The notes below the pieces were generated by a model. It did no database searches and was not told where the DNA came from. It saw nothing but the letters and a program-made list of their open reading frames with translations. Source: Victivallaceae bacterium (lineage in GTDB: Bacteria; Verrucomicrobiota; Lentisphaeria; Victivallales; Victivallaceae). From it: a DNA stretch of 25,506 bases. The stretch spans positions 1 to 25,506 of the forward strand of contig JAZSGI010000088.1 of the NCBI GenBank assembly GCA_045532655.1. Direction: 5' to 3'. This document shows, piece by piece, positions 1 to 8,768 of the stretch (positions are counted from its first letter, which is position 1; the number at the start of each line of letters is the position of its first letter). The position numbers and the translations under genes were made by a program.

Positions 1-2
1 TA

Positions 3-1079
3 CACGTCCCTTTCTGCCGCTGCAAATGCGGCTACTGTGCTTTTTACTCTGTTTCCGGGGAGAAAGCAACCCGTTACAGGCAGGAGCTGTGGCTGGAAAG
101 AGTAGCAGCGGAACTGGGCAGATACAAATACACAGCCCCGCTGGATACACTCTATTTCGGCGGCGGCACACCAACCTTTCTGGAAAGCGATCTCTTGGGG
201 AAACTGCGGGATGTCTGCTGCAGGATACTGCTTCTGGATGACAATACAGAAATAAGCATGGAAACAAATCCCGAAACTCTCAACGAAGAGAAACTGAGCA
301 TCCTCAAAGGTTTCGTAAACAGGCTTTCTGTAGGTATACAGGGATTTGATCCGGCCCGCAGGGAGCTTCTCGGCAGGGATTGCTCTGATGAGCAGATACG
401 TTATGCCCTCACCAGAGGCAGAGAACTTTTTCCCCATCTCAATGCCGACCTTATTTACGCCCTGCCCACTGACGAGGAAGATATATGGAAGAAAGAGCTT
501 GAAAACGCATGCAATGCCGGTTGTGACCATATTTCATGCTACGAGATCACCCCGGAGAAAGAGGCGTGGAGAAAGTTTCCCGCCCCGCCCCAGGATCTTT
601 CCATGCGTCTCTGGCAGCTGACAGCTGATTTCCTTGCCGCAAAGGGCATATACCGCTACGAAGTTTCAAATTACGCCCGCAAAGGCTGCGAATGCAGACA
701 CAATGACAATGTATGGACAGGACAGCTGCTTTGCGGTATCGGCCCCGGTGCATCAGGCTTCAACGGCAAATCACGCTGGCAGGAAAAAGCCGATATCGAC
801 CTGTGGATGGCACATACCAAACCGGAAATCGATGACATATCATCTGATCACAGAGCCGCAGAGATCCTCACTATCGGCCTGCGCCGCACAGCAGGCTGGA
901 CGAAAGCAGCCGCAAAGGAAAAATTCCCCAAAAAACTGTTGGACCAAATAGACAGGCTGAAAATGATCGTTGCTGATTTCTGGGTGCAGGATCCCGATGT
1001 ATATGCGTTGTCGGAAAAGGGTCTTGCCATGTGGGATAGCATTGCCGCACTGTTACTGGAAGTTTCCCTTGAAAAGTGA
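3..1079 (+). CDS. hemW: Radical SAM family heme chaperone HemW / oxygen-independent coproporphyrinogen-III oxidase-like protein (5' partial, start lies upstream of window)
   Basis: Frame 3 is open from base 3 and reads HVPFCRCKCGYCAFYS (CxxxCxxC radical-SAM cluster motif), then LYFGGGTPTF and ISMETNPETL, followed by a HemN_C-like tail. It is the same frame as the 195..1079 ORF, so the ATG at 195 is internal. Confidence 0.8.
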   Translation, partial: HVPFCRCKCGYCAFYSVSGEKATRYRQELWLERVAAELGRYKYTAPLDTLYFGGGTPTFLESDLLGKLRDVCCRILLLDDNTEISMETNPETLNEEKLSILKGFVNRLSVGIQGFDPARRELLGRDCSDEQIRYALTRGRELFPHLNADLIYALPTDEEDIWKKELENACNAGCDHISCYEITPEKEAWRKFPAPPQDLSMRLWQLTADFLAAKGIYRYEVSNYARKGCECRHNDNVWTGQLLCGIGPGASGFNGKSRWQEKADIDLWMAHTKPEIDDISSDHRAAEILTIGLRRTAGWTKAAAKEKFPKKLLDQIDRLKMIVADFWVQDPDVYALSEKGLAMWDSIAALLLEVSLEK

Positions 1080-1132
1080 CGCCTCCCCCCGGAGAAGCAT
1101 CTGTATAAATCACTATTTTTTGCATGAACAGC

Positions 1133-1161
1133 TTGAAAATTCCATCTTTCAGAACTATATT
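1133..1161 (+). promoter_or_regulatory. Candidate sigma70-type promoter upstream of ftsK (TTGAAA-N17-TATATT)
   Basis: TTGAAA at 1133-1138, a 17-nt spacer, and TATATT at 1156-1161. The predicted TSS falls only ~1-3 nt before the ATG at 1170, and there is no SD. Confidence 0.3.
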
Positions 1162-1169
1162 ACAGTTAT

Positions 1170-3896
1170 ATGAATACTTATACGAAAAAAAACCCTAAAA
1201 GTACACGTCCGCAGGACAACGCCACGGGACACGGCATACGCCTTGCACCGGTACTGTGGCTGTGTCTTGCCGTCTTCTACATACTTGCCCTGTGGAGTTA
1301 TTCTCCTGTTGACAATAATATCCTGACCAATGGTACTCCCGGCACTCCCGGCAACTGGCTTGGCGACACAGGTGCATGGACAGCAATGCTTTCCTTTTAT
1401 ATCTTCGGTCTTGCTTCCTGGGTCATGGCATTCGTGTTTCTGACTGCGGCGATCACATCAATTTTCCCGAAAAAGCCGCCGCTGCTCCCATCCGCCGGGG
1501 GTATGTTCCTTATTCTGACGGCTTCCACGATCCTTTTCGGTCTGCAGCCGGAAACCTTTGCCAATGCGGCAGAAAAACTCGGTATCGGCAACAGTACCTC
1601 CCCTGCACTTTCTCTTTCCGGCGGCGTTATCGGGCAGGCTTTGGCAGCCCCTGCTGTCGAAGGGATCAGGATCTTCACCGGCGGCAGCAATACAGCCGTC
1701 ACTGCCGATCTGCCTCCGGGATTTCTCCGGCAATGGCTGGGAGCAGTGGGCATGACCATTGCCGCCTGGGGCATGCTGATTGCCGGAGCAGTTGTACTGT
1801 ACTTCTGCCAATGGAAAAAGATCATCAATTTTGCTTCGATATCCTTCCGTCTGGACAGTGTACTGGATAATCTGCGTGATGAAGATGCCGCCGCAGAGCA
1901 GCAGAACCTTCTTGCTTCCAGATTGCGGACAAAAGAAGAACGCAGGAAAGCTGAAAAACCAGCTTCTGACTCCGGCAATGATGCTGACATCACTGCCGAC
2001 ATGCCTGCCCGCCGCCTTAATTTCATCAGCCGTCTGCTGGCTTCACAGAAAAACAATGCAGATGTTCCTGAGACACCCTCCTTCCCCGACAGTCTTGAAC
2101 AGCCTGACGCTGCAGAAATAAGGCAGTCTGCCGCCCCCGCCCCGACTCCTGCAGCAGCTGCCATTCCGCCTGAACCGCAAAATATTGCCCCCCCTGCGGA
2201 AGAACAGGAGCAGGAGAGCGCACAAGCCGATCTCACTGCAGATCCGCAATTCAACCGGGTTCCGGATGCTCCGGATATCCCGCAGGATAACGGCGGCAAA
2301 GCTCCGGTCAGAATATTCTCCAGAGAATACGCCCGCCCCAATACCAATATGCTTTCCAGCGGCAAAGAAGCCGATCCGGAAGATTCAGCAGCAATAAACG
2401 ATGCCAAAATACGTATCCAGAACACCCTTGATGATTTCGGTGTCAACGGTTCTGTCACCGGTCATATCACCGGGCCGCAGGTGACACGTTTTGAAATAAC
2501 TCTTGCGCCGGGTGTTTCCGTAAGCAAGGTAACAAAACTTGAAGCCGACCTGATGCGTTCACTCTGCGCCGACAATATCCGTATCCTTGCCCCGATCCCC
2601 GGCAGGGATGTCGTCGGAGTGGAAGTCCCCAATACAAAACGCGAAACCGTTGTTATCAGAAGTATTTTTGAATCCCGTGAATGGATTGACTCAAAGGCGG
2701 AAATCCCCGTTGTACTGGGCAAGAACATCTCCGGTAAACCCATTGTTTCCGACCTTGCCAAAGCCCCGCACCTGCTTATTGCCGGGGCAACAGGTTCAGG
2801 TAAAAGCGTTTGTGTAAGTTCAATTCTTATGAGCCTCTTTTTCAAGTTCATCCCCGGTGAATTGAGCCTGATCCTTATTGACCCCAAGGTTGTGGAATTT
2901 GCCTTCTATCAGGATCTGCCCTTCCTGAAAACCCCGGTCATCAACGAACCCAGCAAAGCCCTTCTCGCTCTCCGCTGGGCCGTGGATGAAATGGAAAAAC
3001 GTTACAGACTCCTTGCCAAGGCAGGTACACGCAAAATATCCGAATACAACAGCCGTCCCATTCCGCGGGAACCGCAATATGATGATTGTGGCGAACAGTT
3101 ACCGGACAAAATCGAACTGCTGATCATTGTCGTGGATGAATTTGCTGACCTGATGATGGCCGGCAGGGATGTCCGCAAAGATGCCGAAACAGCCATTGCA
3201 CGTCTTGCCCAGAAGGGACGTGCCGCCGGTGTCCATATCATCCTCGCCACCCAGCGTCCGTCAGCAGATGTTATTACAGGTGTCATAAAAGCAAACCTGC
3301 CTACAAAAATCGCACTCCGGGTGGGAAATATGACCGACAGCCGTGTTATTGTGGATGCCGGCGGGGCACAGAATCTGCTGGGTTATGGCGATATGCTTTT
3401 CCGGCCGCCGTCCAGCCCCACACTGGAACGTATTCAGGGAACCTTCCTCAGCGACGGTGATATAAGCAAAGTCGTCAATTTCATAAGCGCACAAGCCAAA
3501 CCGCAGTTTGACCTGAGCGTGACCTCGGAACCGGATGAAAATGAAGAGGCGGAAGTATTTTCAGGCCGTAAAGATCACCCCTCGCGCAGCGGCAGAGATG
3601 CACAGGATGATCTGGATGTTGATGATTTGCCGGAGGAAACTGACGGCATACGGCGGCTGGTCATGAAATATTTGAAGCCCGAAGACGACAGCCTCTTCCG
3701 TCAGGCTCTTGAAATCGCCATTTCCGAGCGTGCCATCAGCACCAGTTATCTGCAGCGGCGGCTGGGTATAGGTTACAACCGTGCCGCCAACCTGATCGAT
3801 GAATTTGAACGCCGCAACATTGTCGGCCCTGCCAGAGATGGCGGCAATAAACGGGAAATACTTGTCTTTGACGAAATCATCGGAGAAAATAAATGA
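1170..3896 (+). CDS. ftsK: DNA translocase FtsK/SpoIIIE
   Basis: 908 aa. N-terminal multi-TM region, a long P/A/Q/E-rich linker, a motor domain with Walker A GATGSGKS and Walker B LLIIVVDEFADL, and a C-terminal gamma winged helix SYLQRRLGIGYNRAANLIDEFE. Confidence 0.93.
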   Translation: MNTYTKKNPKSTRPQDNATGHGIRLAPVLWLCLAVFYILALWSYSPVDNNILTNGTPGTPGNWLGDTGAWTAMLSFYIFGLASWVMAFVFLTAAITSIFPKKPPLLPSAGGMFLILTASTILFGLQPETFANAAEKLGIGNSTSPALSLSGGVIGQALAAPAVEGIRIFTGGSNTAVTADLPPGFLRQWLGAVGMTIAAWGMLIAGAVVLYFCQWKKIINFASISFRLDSVLDNLRDEDAAAEQQNLLASRLRTKEERRKAEKPASDSGNDADITADMPARRLNFISRLLASQKNNADVPETPSFPDSLEQPDAAEIRQSAAPAPTPAAAAIPPEPQNIAPPAEEQEQESAQADLTADPQFNRVPDAPDIPQDNGGKAPVRIFSREYARPNTNMLSSGKEADPEDSAAINDAKIRIQNTLDDFGVNGSVTGHITGPQVTRFEITLAPGVSVSKVTKLEADLMRSLCADNIRILAPIPGRDVVGVEVPNTKRETVVIRSIFESREWIDSKAEIPVVLGKNISGKPIVSDLAKAPHLLIAGATGSGKSVCVSSILMSLFFKFIPGELSLILIDPKVVEFAFYQDLPFLKTPVINEPSKALLALRWAVDEMEKRYRLLAKAGTRKISEYNSRPIPREPQYDDCGEQLPDKIELLIIVVDEFADLMMAGRDVRKDAETAIARLAQKGRAAGVHIILATQRPSADVITGVIKANLPTKIALRVGNMTDSRVIVDAGGAQNLLGYGDMLFRPPSSPTLERIQGTFLSDGDISKVVNFISAQAKPQFDLSVTSEPDENEEAEVFSGRKDHPSRSGRDAQDDLDVDDLPEETDGIRRLVMKYLKPEDDSLFRQALEIAISERAISTSYLQRRLGIGYNRAANLIDEFERRNIVGPARDGGNKREILVFDEIIGENK

Positions 3897-4879
3897 CAGA
3901 GGAAAATAACAGAGTCAAAGCCGGGATCGCAAGTGAACTGCCATTGGATTTTGATACCAGGCAGAGTTTTGCCGAACCACCGCATGCCCCTTTCAAATCC
4001 AAGCAGGAATCATCTCCGGTGCAGGAAGTCCAACCGGAAATACCTGCTGCAGCTGTTCAGCAGCCGCCGGAACCGGAATCAGAACAACCCACTGCTGCCG
4101 CAGAACAGACCGAAACAGCAGAAAAACCTGCAGCAGAAAAACCTGCAGCTCCATCAGCGCCATCATTCCGGCAGGGAACCATGAACAGTAACACAGTACT
4201 TCCGGGCACCGCCCCTGTTCCACCTCCCGGTACTCCGGTACGCCGACCGGCACCCATCATCGCCGCCGGTCACCGCAACGTCGGTATCGCCACACAGAGC
4301 ATCGGACAGGAAAAACGCAGTCCTGTAGTCTGTCTGGCAGCAAATGAACTCCCCGGAGCCGAAAAGAATGTTGAAATTCTGCCCTATGGCAGGATCTTTG
4401 CCGAGGCCCGGAAACGTTCCGGCAAAACTCTTGAAGAAGTTGGCAACCTTACTCTCATACGTTCAGACTATATCAAGGCACTGGAAGCGGAAGATCTGAA
4501 CAACCTGCCCGCCGTGACCTACGTTATTGCCTATGCCCGCAAACTCGGTAAACTTTATAATATGCCCCGGGAACAGGTGAACGATCTTGTAGGCACAATA
4601 CGTTCCCGTCTGGAATACGTTGTTCCGGAAGAACTTATCGTACGTCTTGGCGAATCCGGCGACCCCAGTGAAGAAAATATCCGCACCATACGGAAATTCA
4701 TGATGCTTTCCGGAATTGCCGCCGGTGTGACTGTTCTCATTATCGCCGGAATAATTGCCGCAGCAGCATGGGGTTACACTTCGGAGGAAGAAACATCATA
4801 TCCTGTTGCTTCCGATACTGTTGCCGGTGAATTTATCGGTCAGCCAACACTGGAAATGCCGGAACTCAAACCGCGGTAA
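3893..4879 (+). CDS. RodZ-like helix-turn-helix (HTH_25) membrane protein with a long Pro/Ala/Glu-rich N-terminal extension
   Basis: The ATG overlaps the ftsK stop (ATGA at 3893-3896). The central segment GRIFAEARKRSGKTLEEVGNLTLIRSDYIKALEAEDLNNLPAVTYVIAYARKLGKLYNM matches the RodZ/XRE-type HTH pattern. There is a single TM (MMLSGIAAGVTVLIIAGIIAAAAWGY) near the C-terminus. Confidence 0.6.
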   Translation: MTEENNRVKAGIASELPLDFDTRQSFAEPPHAPFKSKQESSPVQEVQPEIPAAAVQQPPEPESEQPTAAAEQTETAEKPAAEKPAAPSAPSFRQGTMNSNTVLPGTAPVPPPGTPVRRPAPIIAAGHRNVGIATQSIGQEKRSPVVCLAANELPGAEKNVEILPYGRIFAEARKRSGKTLEEVGNLTLIRSDYIKALEAEDLNNLPAVTYVIAYARKLGKLYNMPREQVNDLVGTIRSRLEYVVPEELIVRLGESGDPSEENIRTIRKFMMLSGIAAGVTVLIIAGIIAAAAWGYTSEEETSYPVASDTVAGEFIGQPTLEMPELKPR

Positions 4880-4892
4880 ATACTGCAAAAAG

Positions 4893-4920
4893 TTGTAATA
4901 TCAAAAAAATGTGATATATT
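4893..4920 (+). promoter_or_regulatory. Candidate promoter upstream of aroQ (TTGTAA-N16-TATATT)
   Basis: TTGTAA at 4893-4898 and TATATT at 4915-4920 in an AT-rich 48-bp intergenic gap. The ATG at 4928 has no SD. Confidence 0.3.
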
Positions 4921-4927
4921 ATATATT

Positions 4928-5383
4928 ATGAAAATTCTTATTCTTCATGGGCCCAACCTTGGTATGCTCGGCAAAAGAGAACCGGAACATTACGGTACTA
5001 TGACCCTGGCAGATATCAACGGGGCAATTAAAAACGCCGCAGATTCATGCGGTGCTGCAACTGCTTTCTGTCAAAGCAACCACGAAGGTGTCATCATCGA
5101 CAACATCCTTGCCGCTCCCGATAACGGTTTTGACGGCATAATCATCAACCCTGCTGCATATACCCATACCTCAGTGGCTATCCTTGATGCAATAAGGGCA
5201 ATCGACATACCAGTTGTTGAAGTACATCTATCCAATATACATTCAAGGGAGGAATACCGCCACAGTTCAGTGACGGCTCCCGCCTGCGCCGGTGTTATAG
5301 CCGGATTCGGTGTCGACAGTTATCTCCTGGCACTGGAAGCAGTTATCCGTTGTGTTGAAAAAGAAAAAAATAGGGATTTGTAA
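4928..5383 (+). CDS. aroQ: Type II 3-dehydroquinate dehydratase
   Basis: 151 aa with family hallmarks: [55 protein letters not shown]. Confidence 0.92.
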   Translation: MKILILHGPNLGMLGKREPEHYGTMTLADINGAIKNAADSCGAATAFCQSNHEGVIIDNILAAPDNGFDGIIINPAAYTHTSVAILDAIRAIDIPVVEVHLSNIHSREEYRHSSVTAPACAGVIAGFGVDSYLLALEAVIRCVEKEKNRDL

Positions 5384-5384
5384 A

Positions 5385-5837
5385 ATGAAAATCGACGAAA
5401 TCAAAACTATCGTGCGCCTGATGAGCGAAAATGATCTGACAGAATTCAAAATCGAAGCCGAAGGCTACAACCTCTGCCTCCGCCGCGGCAGCACTGCCGC
5501 CGCTGTTCAGGTTCCTGCCGTTATTCCTGCAGCTGCTCCGGCAGCCCCCGTTGCCGCTCCTGCAGCAGCTGCACCTGCTGCTCCGGCAGCCCCCGCCACT
5601 CCCGCCAAGACTGTAAATGCCCCGCTTGTTGGAACCTTCTACCGTGCCAGTTCCCCCGATGCCGCACCTTTCGTCAAGGTAGGCGACAAAGTCAATGCCG
5701 ATACCGTAGTCGGCATTATCGAAGCCATGAAAGTCATGAACGAAATCAAAGCCGAAATTTCCGGCGTTGTCAAAGAAATACTGATCGAAAACGGCCAGCC
5801 TGTTGAATACGGCCAGAGTCTTTTCGTAATTGAGTAA
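5385..5837 (+). CDS. accB: Acetyl-CoA carboxylase biotin carboxyl carrier protein
   Basis: [25 protein letters not shown]-terminus, an Ala/Pro linker and the biotinylation motif EAMKVMNEI. Start is chosen at ATG 5385, which has AGGGA 8 nt upstream and sits just after the aroQ stop. The longer 5310 ORF start would overlap aroQ. Confidence 0.9.
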   Translation: MKIDEIKTIVRLMSENDLTEFKIEAEGYNLCLRRGSTAAAVQVPAVIPAAAPAAPVAAPAAAAPAAPAAPATPAKTVNAPLVGTFYRASSPDAAPFVKVGDKVNADTVVGIIEAMKVMNEIKAEISGVVKEILIENGQPVEYGQSLFVIE

Positions 5838-5860
5838 AACGCCCCCGCAAAGGAGAGCCA

Positions 5861-7213
5861 ATGTTCAACAAGATCCTTATTGCCAACCGCGGCGAGATCG
5901 CCCTCCGTGTGATCCGTGCGTGCCGGGAAATGGGCATCAAGTCTGTGATCGGTTATTCCCAGGCAGATGCTGACAGTCTGCCAGTAAAGCTGGCGGATGA
6001 AGCTGTTTGTATCGGACCCGCCCAGAGCAATTCAAGCTATTTGATGATCGACCGTCTTTTGAGTGTTGCGGCGATCACCGATGTGGATGCGGTACATCCA
6101 GGCTATGGTTTTCTGGCAGAAAACGCCTACTTTGCCGAAGCCTGCCGCAATCACAAGATCAAATTTATCGGCCCCACCCCTGAAGCCATGCGTGCCCTCG
6201 GAGATAAATCTGTAGCCCGCAAGACCATGAAACAGGCAGGAGTGCCGACCACCCCCGGCAGTGACGGCTTGATCAATGACGAAAAAGAAGCTCTGGAAAT
6301 GGCCCATAAGCTGGGTTATCCCGTGATCGTCAAAGCCTCGGCAGGCGGCGGCGGCCGCGGAATGCGTATCGCCCATAACGATGCCAGCCTGATCCAGGGT
6401 TTTCATCAGGCAAAACTCGAAGCGGAGAAGGGTTTCAGCGATGACTCCATGTATATGGAGAAATTCCTTGTCAATCCCCGTCATATCGAGTTTCAGATCC
6501 TTGCAGATGAATACGGCAATGTTGTTCATCTGGGCGAACGTGACTGCAGTATGCAGCGGCGTAATCAGAAACTTCTTGAAGAATCCCCGTCCCCTGCACT
6601 TTCCCCCAAGCTCCGTGCCACCATGGGCGAAGCTGCTGTCAAAGCGGCAAAAGCTGCCGGTTACACCAGTGCCGGAACGATCGAATTTCTTCTGACCGAT
6701 GACAACAAGTTCTATTTCATGGAGATGAATACCCGTATCCAGGTGGAACATCCTGTAACCGAAGCAATAACCGGACTTGATCTCATAAAAATGCAGATCG
6801 CCATAGCCGCAGGCGAAAAACTTCCTGTTACCCAGAAGGATGTCACCTTTACCGGTCACGCCATCGAATGTCGTATCAATGCCGAAGATCCGGAACGCAA
6901 CTTTATACCCAATCCCGGCAAGATCACCAATTTCATTCCCTCCGGCGGGATCGGCGTACGTGTGGATACCCACGTTTACTCCGGTTATACCGTTCCCCCT
7001 TACTACGACAGTATGATCGCCAAATTGATCGTTCATGCCCCCACCCGTGAAGAAGCTATCGCCCGCTGCCAGCGTGCTCTTGCCGAATTCAGTATCGAAG
7101 GCGTCAAGACCACTATCCCGTTCCAGCAGATGCTTCTTTCCTGCCGTGGTTTCCGAGCAGGAAACTATAACACCGGATTCGTGGAAAACCTTATGAAAGG
7201 AAACGGAGAATGA
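5861..7213 (+). CDS. accC: Acetyl-CoA carboxylase biotin carboxylase subunit
   Basis: 450 aa with [18 protein letters not shown], an ATP-grasp GGGGRGMR motif and [15 protein letters not shown] strong SD (AAGGAG) lies upstream. Confidence 0.95.
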   Translation: MFNKILIANRGEIALRVIRACREMGIKSVIGYSQADADSLPVKLADEAVCIGPAQSNSSYLMIDRLLSVAAITDVDAVHPGYGFLAENAYFAEACRNHKIKFIGPTPEAMRALGDKSVARKTMKQAGVPTTPGSDGLINDEKEALEMAHKLGYPVIVKASAGGGGRGMRIAHNDASLIQGFHQAKLEAEKGFSDDSMYMEKFLVNPRHIEFQILADEYGNVVHLGERDCSMQRRNQKLLEESPSPALSPKLRATMGEAAVKAAKAAGYTSAGTIEFLLTDDNKFYFMEMNTRIQVEHPVTEAITGLDLIKMQIAIAAGEKLPVTQKDVTFTGHAIECRINAEDPERNFIPNPGKITNFIPSGGIGVRVDTHVYSGYTVPPYYDSMIAKLIVHAPTREEAIARCQRALAEFSIEGVKTTIPFQQMLLSCRGFRAGNYNTGFVENLMKGNGE

Positions 7214-7653
7214 TGAAAGAAAAGAAAAGTACCTCTGCCCCCAAAGCAGATACTCTGTTGGAACAGAGCAGTGATTACGGCGATATCATGGTCAATGACA
7301 ATGTCATTGCTTCCCTTGTGCGCCGTGCCGCCCTCAGCGTTCCCGGTGTTTCCCGTTTATCAGGCAGCAGTCTTATAGACAATATTGCTGAATTTGTCGG
7401 TTCCAGTAAGGGTCGGACAATATCCATCTGCAAAGAATCAGCTGATTCCGATGCAGTAGTTCTTGAAGTGAAGATCAATATGCTTTTCGGCTTCAAGGTG
7501 CGGGAAGTTGCAGAAGCCGTGCAGCGTGCAGTTATTGAAGACGTGGAAACTACCACCGGAATGACCGTGGCAAAAGTCACCGTAGTGGTTCAGAAGATCG
7601 AAGAAGCCGAGGAAGCCGCCGACGCCTCCTCCACCGGTGATGCTGAACTTTGA
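7210..7653 (+). CDS. Asp23/Gls24 family envelope/alkaline-shock stress protein (YqhY-like)
   Basis: ATGA overlap with the accC stop. Asp23-type pattern: [27 protein letters not shown] ... [48 protein letters not shown], with an acidic tail. Confidence 0.8.
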   Translation: MMKEKKSTSAPKADTLLEQSSDYGDIMVNDNVIASLVRRAALSVPGVSRLSGSSLIDNIAEFVGSSKGRTISICKESADSDAVVLEVKINMLFGFKVREVAEAVQRAVIEDVETTTGMTVAKVTVVVQKIEEAEEAADASSTGDAEL

Positions 7654-7670
7654 CGGCAGGGAGGTAAGAA

Positions 7671-8132
7671 ATGTGTTGTCTTGAAAATGTCTGTCAATAC
7701 TGGCAGCAATGGTTTGGCAGTTCTTTCAGCAGCGGTCTTGCCCTTGCAGCCGTAATGCTTGCCTGTATACTGCTGATTTATTTCATACTCCGGATAATCA
7801 TCTGGAGCATCACCCGTCATAAACGCATAAACCGTGTTGTCATTTCCGGCAAGGATGGAGATATTGTCATTTCCGAGAGTGCGATACTGGATACAGTACG
7901 TTCCGTCGTACCGGAATTTCCCGAGATCGAAGCCGGTAAGATCCGTTTGAGCCGCAAACGTCAGGATTATTTCATGGAACTCCATATCTGTTATCATCCC
8001 GGCGGCAAGAGCCTGAATGAATGTTGCGATGCTTTGCGGGAAAGCATCAAAGCGGCCCTTGCCGAACGGCTGCATATCACCCAGCTCACCCGGATCGACA
8101 TCCGTCTTGACCGGCTCACAGCTGAATCCTGA
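7671..8132 (+). CDS. Small single-pass membrane protein, possibly an AmaP-like Asp23 membrane anchor
   Basis: SD GGGAGG upstream. One N-terminal TM (LALAAVMLACILLIYFILRIIIW) is followed by a ~100 aa soluble part with an Asp23-like beta/alpha rhythm (VVISGKDGDIVISESAILDTVRSVV...IDIRLDRL). The position directly after asp23 mirrors the amaP/asp23 pairing. The assignment is by context and pattern only. Confidence 0.4.
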   Translation: MCCLENVCQYWQQWFGSSFSSGLALAAVMLACILLIYFILRIIIWSITRHKRINRVVISGKDGDIVISESAILDTVRSVVPEFPEIEAGKIRLSRKRQDYFMELHICYHPGGKSLNECCDALRESIKAALAERLHITQLTRIDIRLDRLTAES

Positions 8133-8146
8133 AATATTCCGGCATT

Positions 8147-8725
8147 ATGGCTGCCAAAGGTTCCTTCATACTTGCCAGTGCCAGTCCCCGCCGCCGCCGC
8201 ATACTGGCGGAAGCGGGGTTTTCTTTTACCGTCTACCCAGTTGACTGTGCCGAATACAATGAACTTTCCGGGGTAAGTGCGGAAGATATTCCGGTACTCA
8301 ATGCCATATTAAAGGCCCGGACGGCCTCACTTGCCAATCCGGGTGTATTTGTACTTGGGGCAGATACAGTGATCGTATCCGGCGGCAGATCAGTGGGCAA
8401 ACCCGCCGATAAATCCGAAGCCGAAATGATATTGGCGGAACTTTCCGGCAAAGTTCATCATGTAATAACCGGGGCAGCCCTGATTCATCCGGACGGCAGT
8501 CTGGAAAGTTTTTCAGAAATCACGGAAGTACGTTTCAAATCATACGATATTGCAGTTATCCGGGACTATATGTCAAAAGTAAACGTGCTTGACAAAGCCG
8601 GAGCCTACGCCATACAGGAACACGGCGATATGTTGGCCGAGAGCCTCAACGGCTCCTTTGCCAACGTGGAAGGCCTCCCCATTGAACGCCTCAGCAAACT
8701 GCTTCTGCGCCTGTTGAAATCCTGA
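8147..8725 (+). CDS. maf: Maf-like nucleoside triphosphate pyrophosphatase (septum formation protein Maf)
   Basis: 192 aa with ILASASPRRRRILAEAGF, GADTVIV, GKPADKSEA and KAGAYAIQE. Confidence 0.88.
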   Translation: MAAKGSFILASASPRRRRILAEAGFSFTVYPVDCAEYNELSGVSAEDIPVLNAILKARTASLANPGVFVLGADTVIVSGGRSVGKPADKSEAEMILAELSGKVHHVITGAALIHPDGSLESFSEITEVRFKSYDIAVIRDYMSKVNVLDKAGAYAIQEHGDMLAESLNGSFANVEGLPIERLSKLLLRLLKS

Positions 8726-8768
8726 TAAAACATGCGGCCCGTTCTGTGGGGGGCCTTACGCCATCCAT

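Noticed and set aside
26-241. A 71-aa ORF at the window start.
   Set aside because: It is out of frame with, and overlaps, the hemW-like reading frame, whose frame-3 translation carries the radical-SAM CxxxCxxC motif.
1397-2458. A 353-aa antisense ORF inside the ftsK linker. Similar long shadow ORFs lie at 5343-5861, 6032-7036, 11059-11817, 13293-13955, 20007-20756 and 23664-24500.
   Set aside because: All lie antisense to, or out of frame with, strongly supported genes. Their translations are low-complexity or Arg/Cys/Ser-rich and lack start context. They are typical shadow ORFs.
5310-5384. A longer accB start (175 aa) from the ORF track.
   Set aside because: The extension overlaps the aroQ 3' end and encodes non-conserved sequence. 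The ATG at 5385 gives the canonical AccB N-terminus (MKIDEIK...) with an SD-like AGGGA upstream.
8726-8768. A possible terminator hairpin (GGCCC...GGGCC) between the convergent maf and methyltransferase genes.
   Set aside because: The stem is only 5 bp with a weak T-tract, which is not enough to call a feature.
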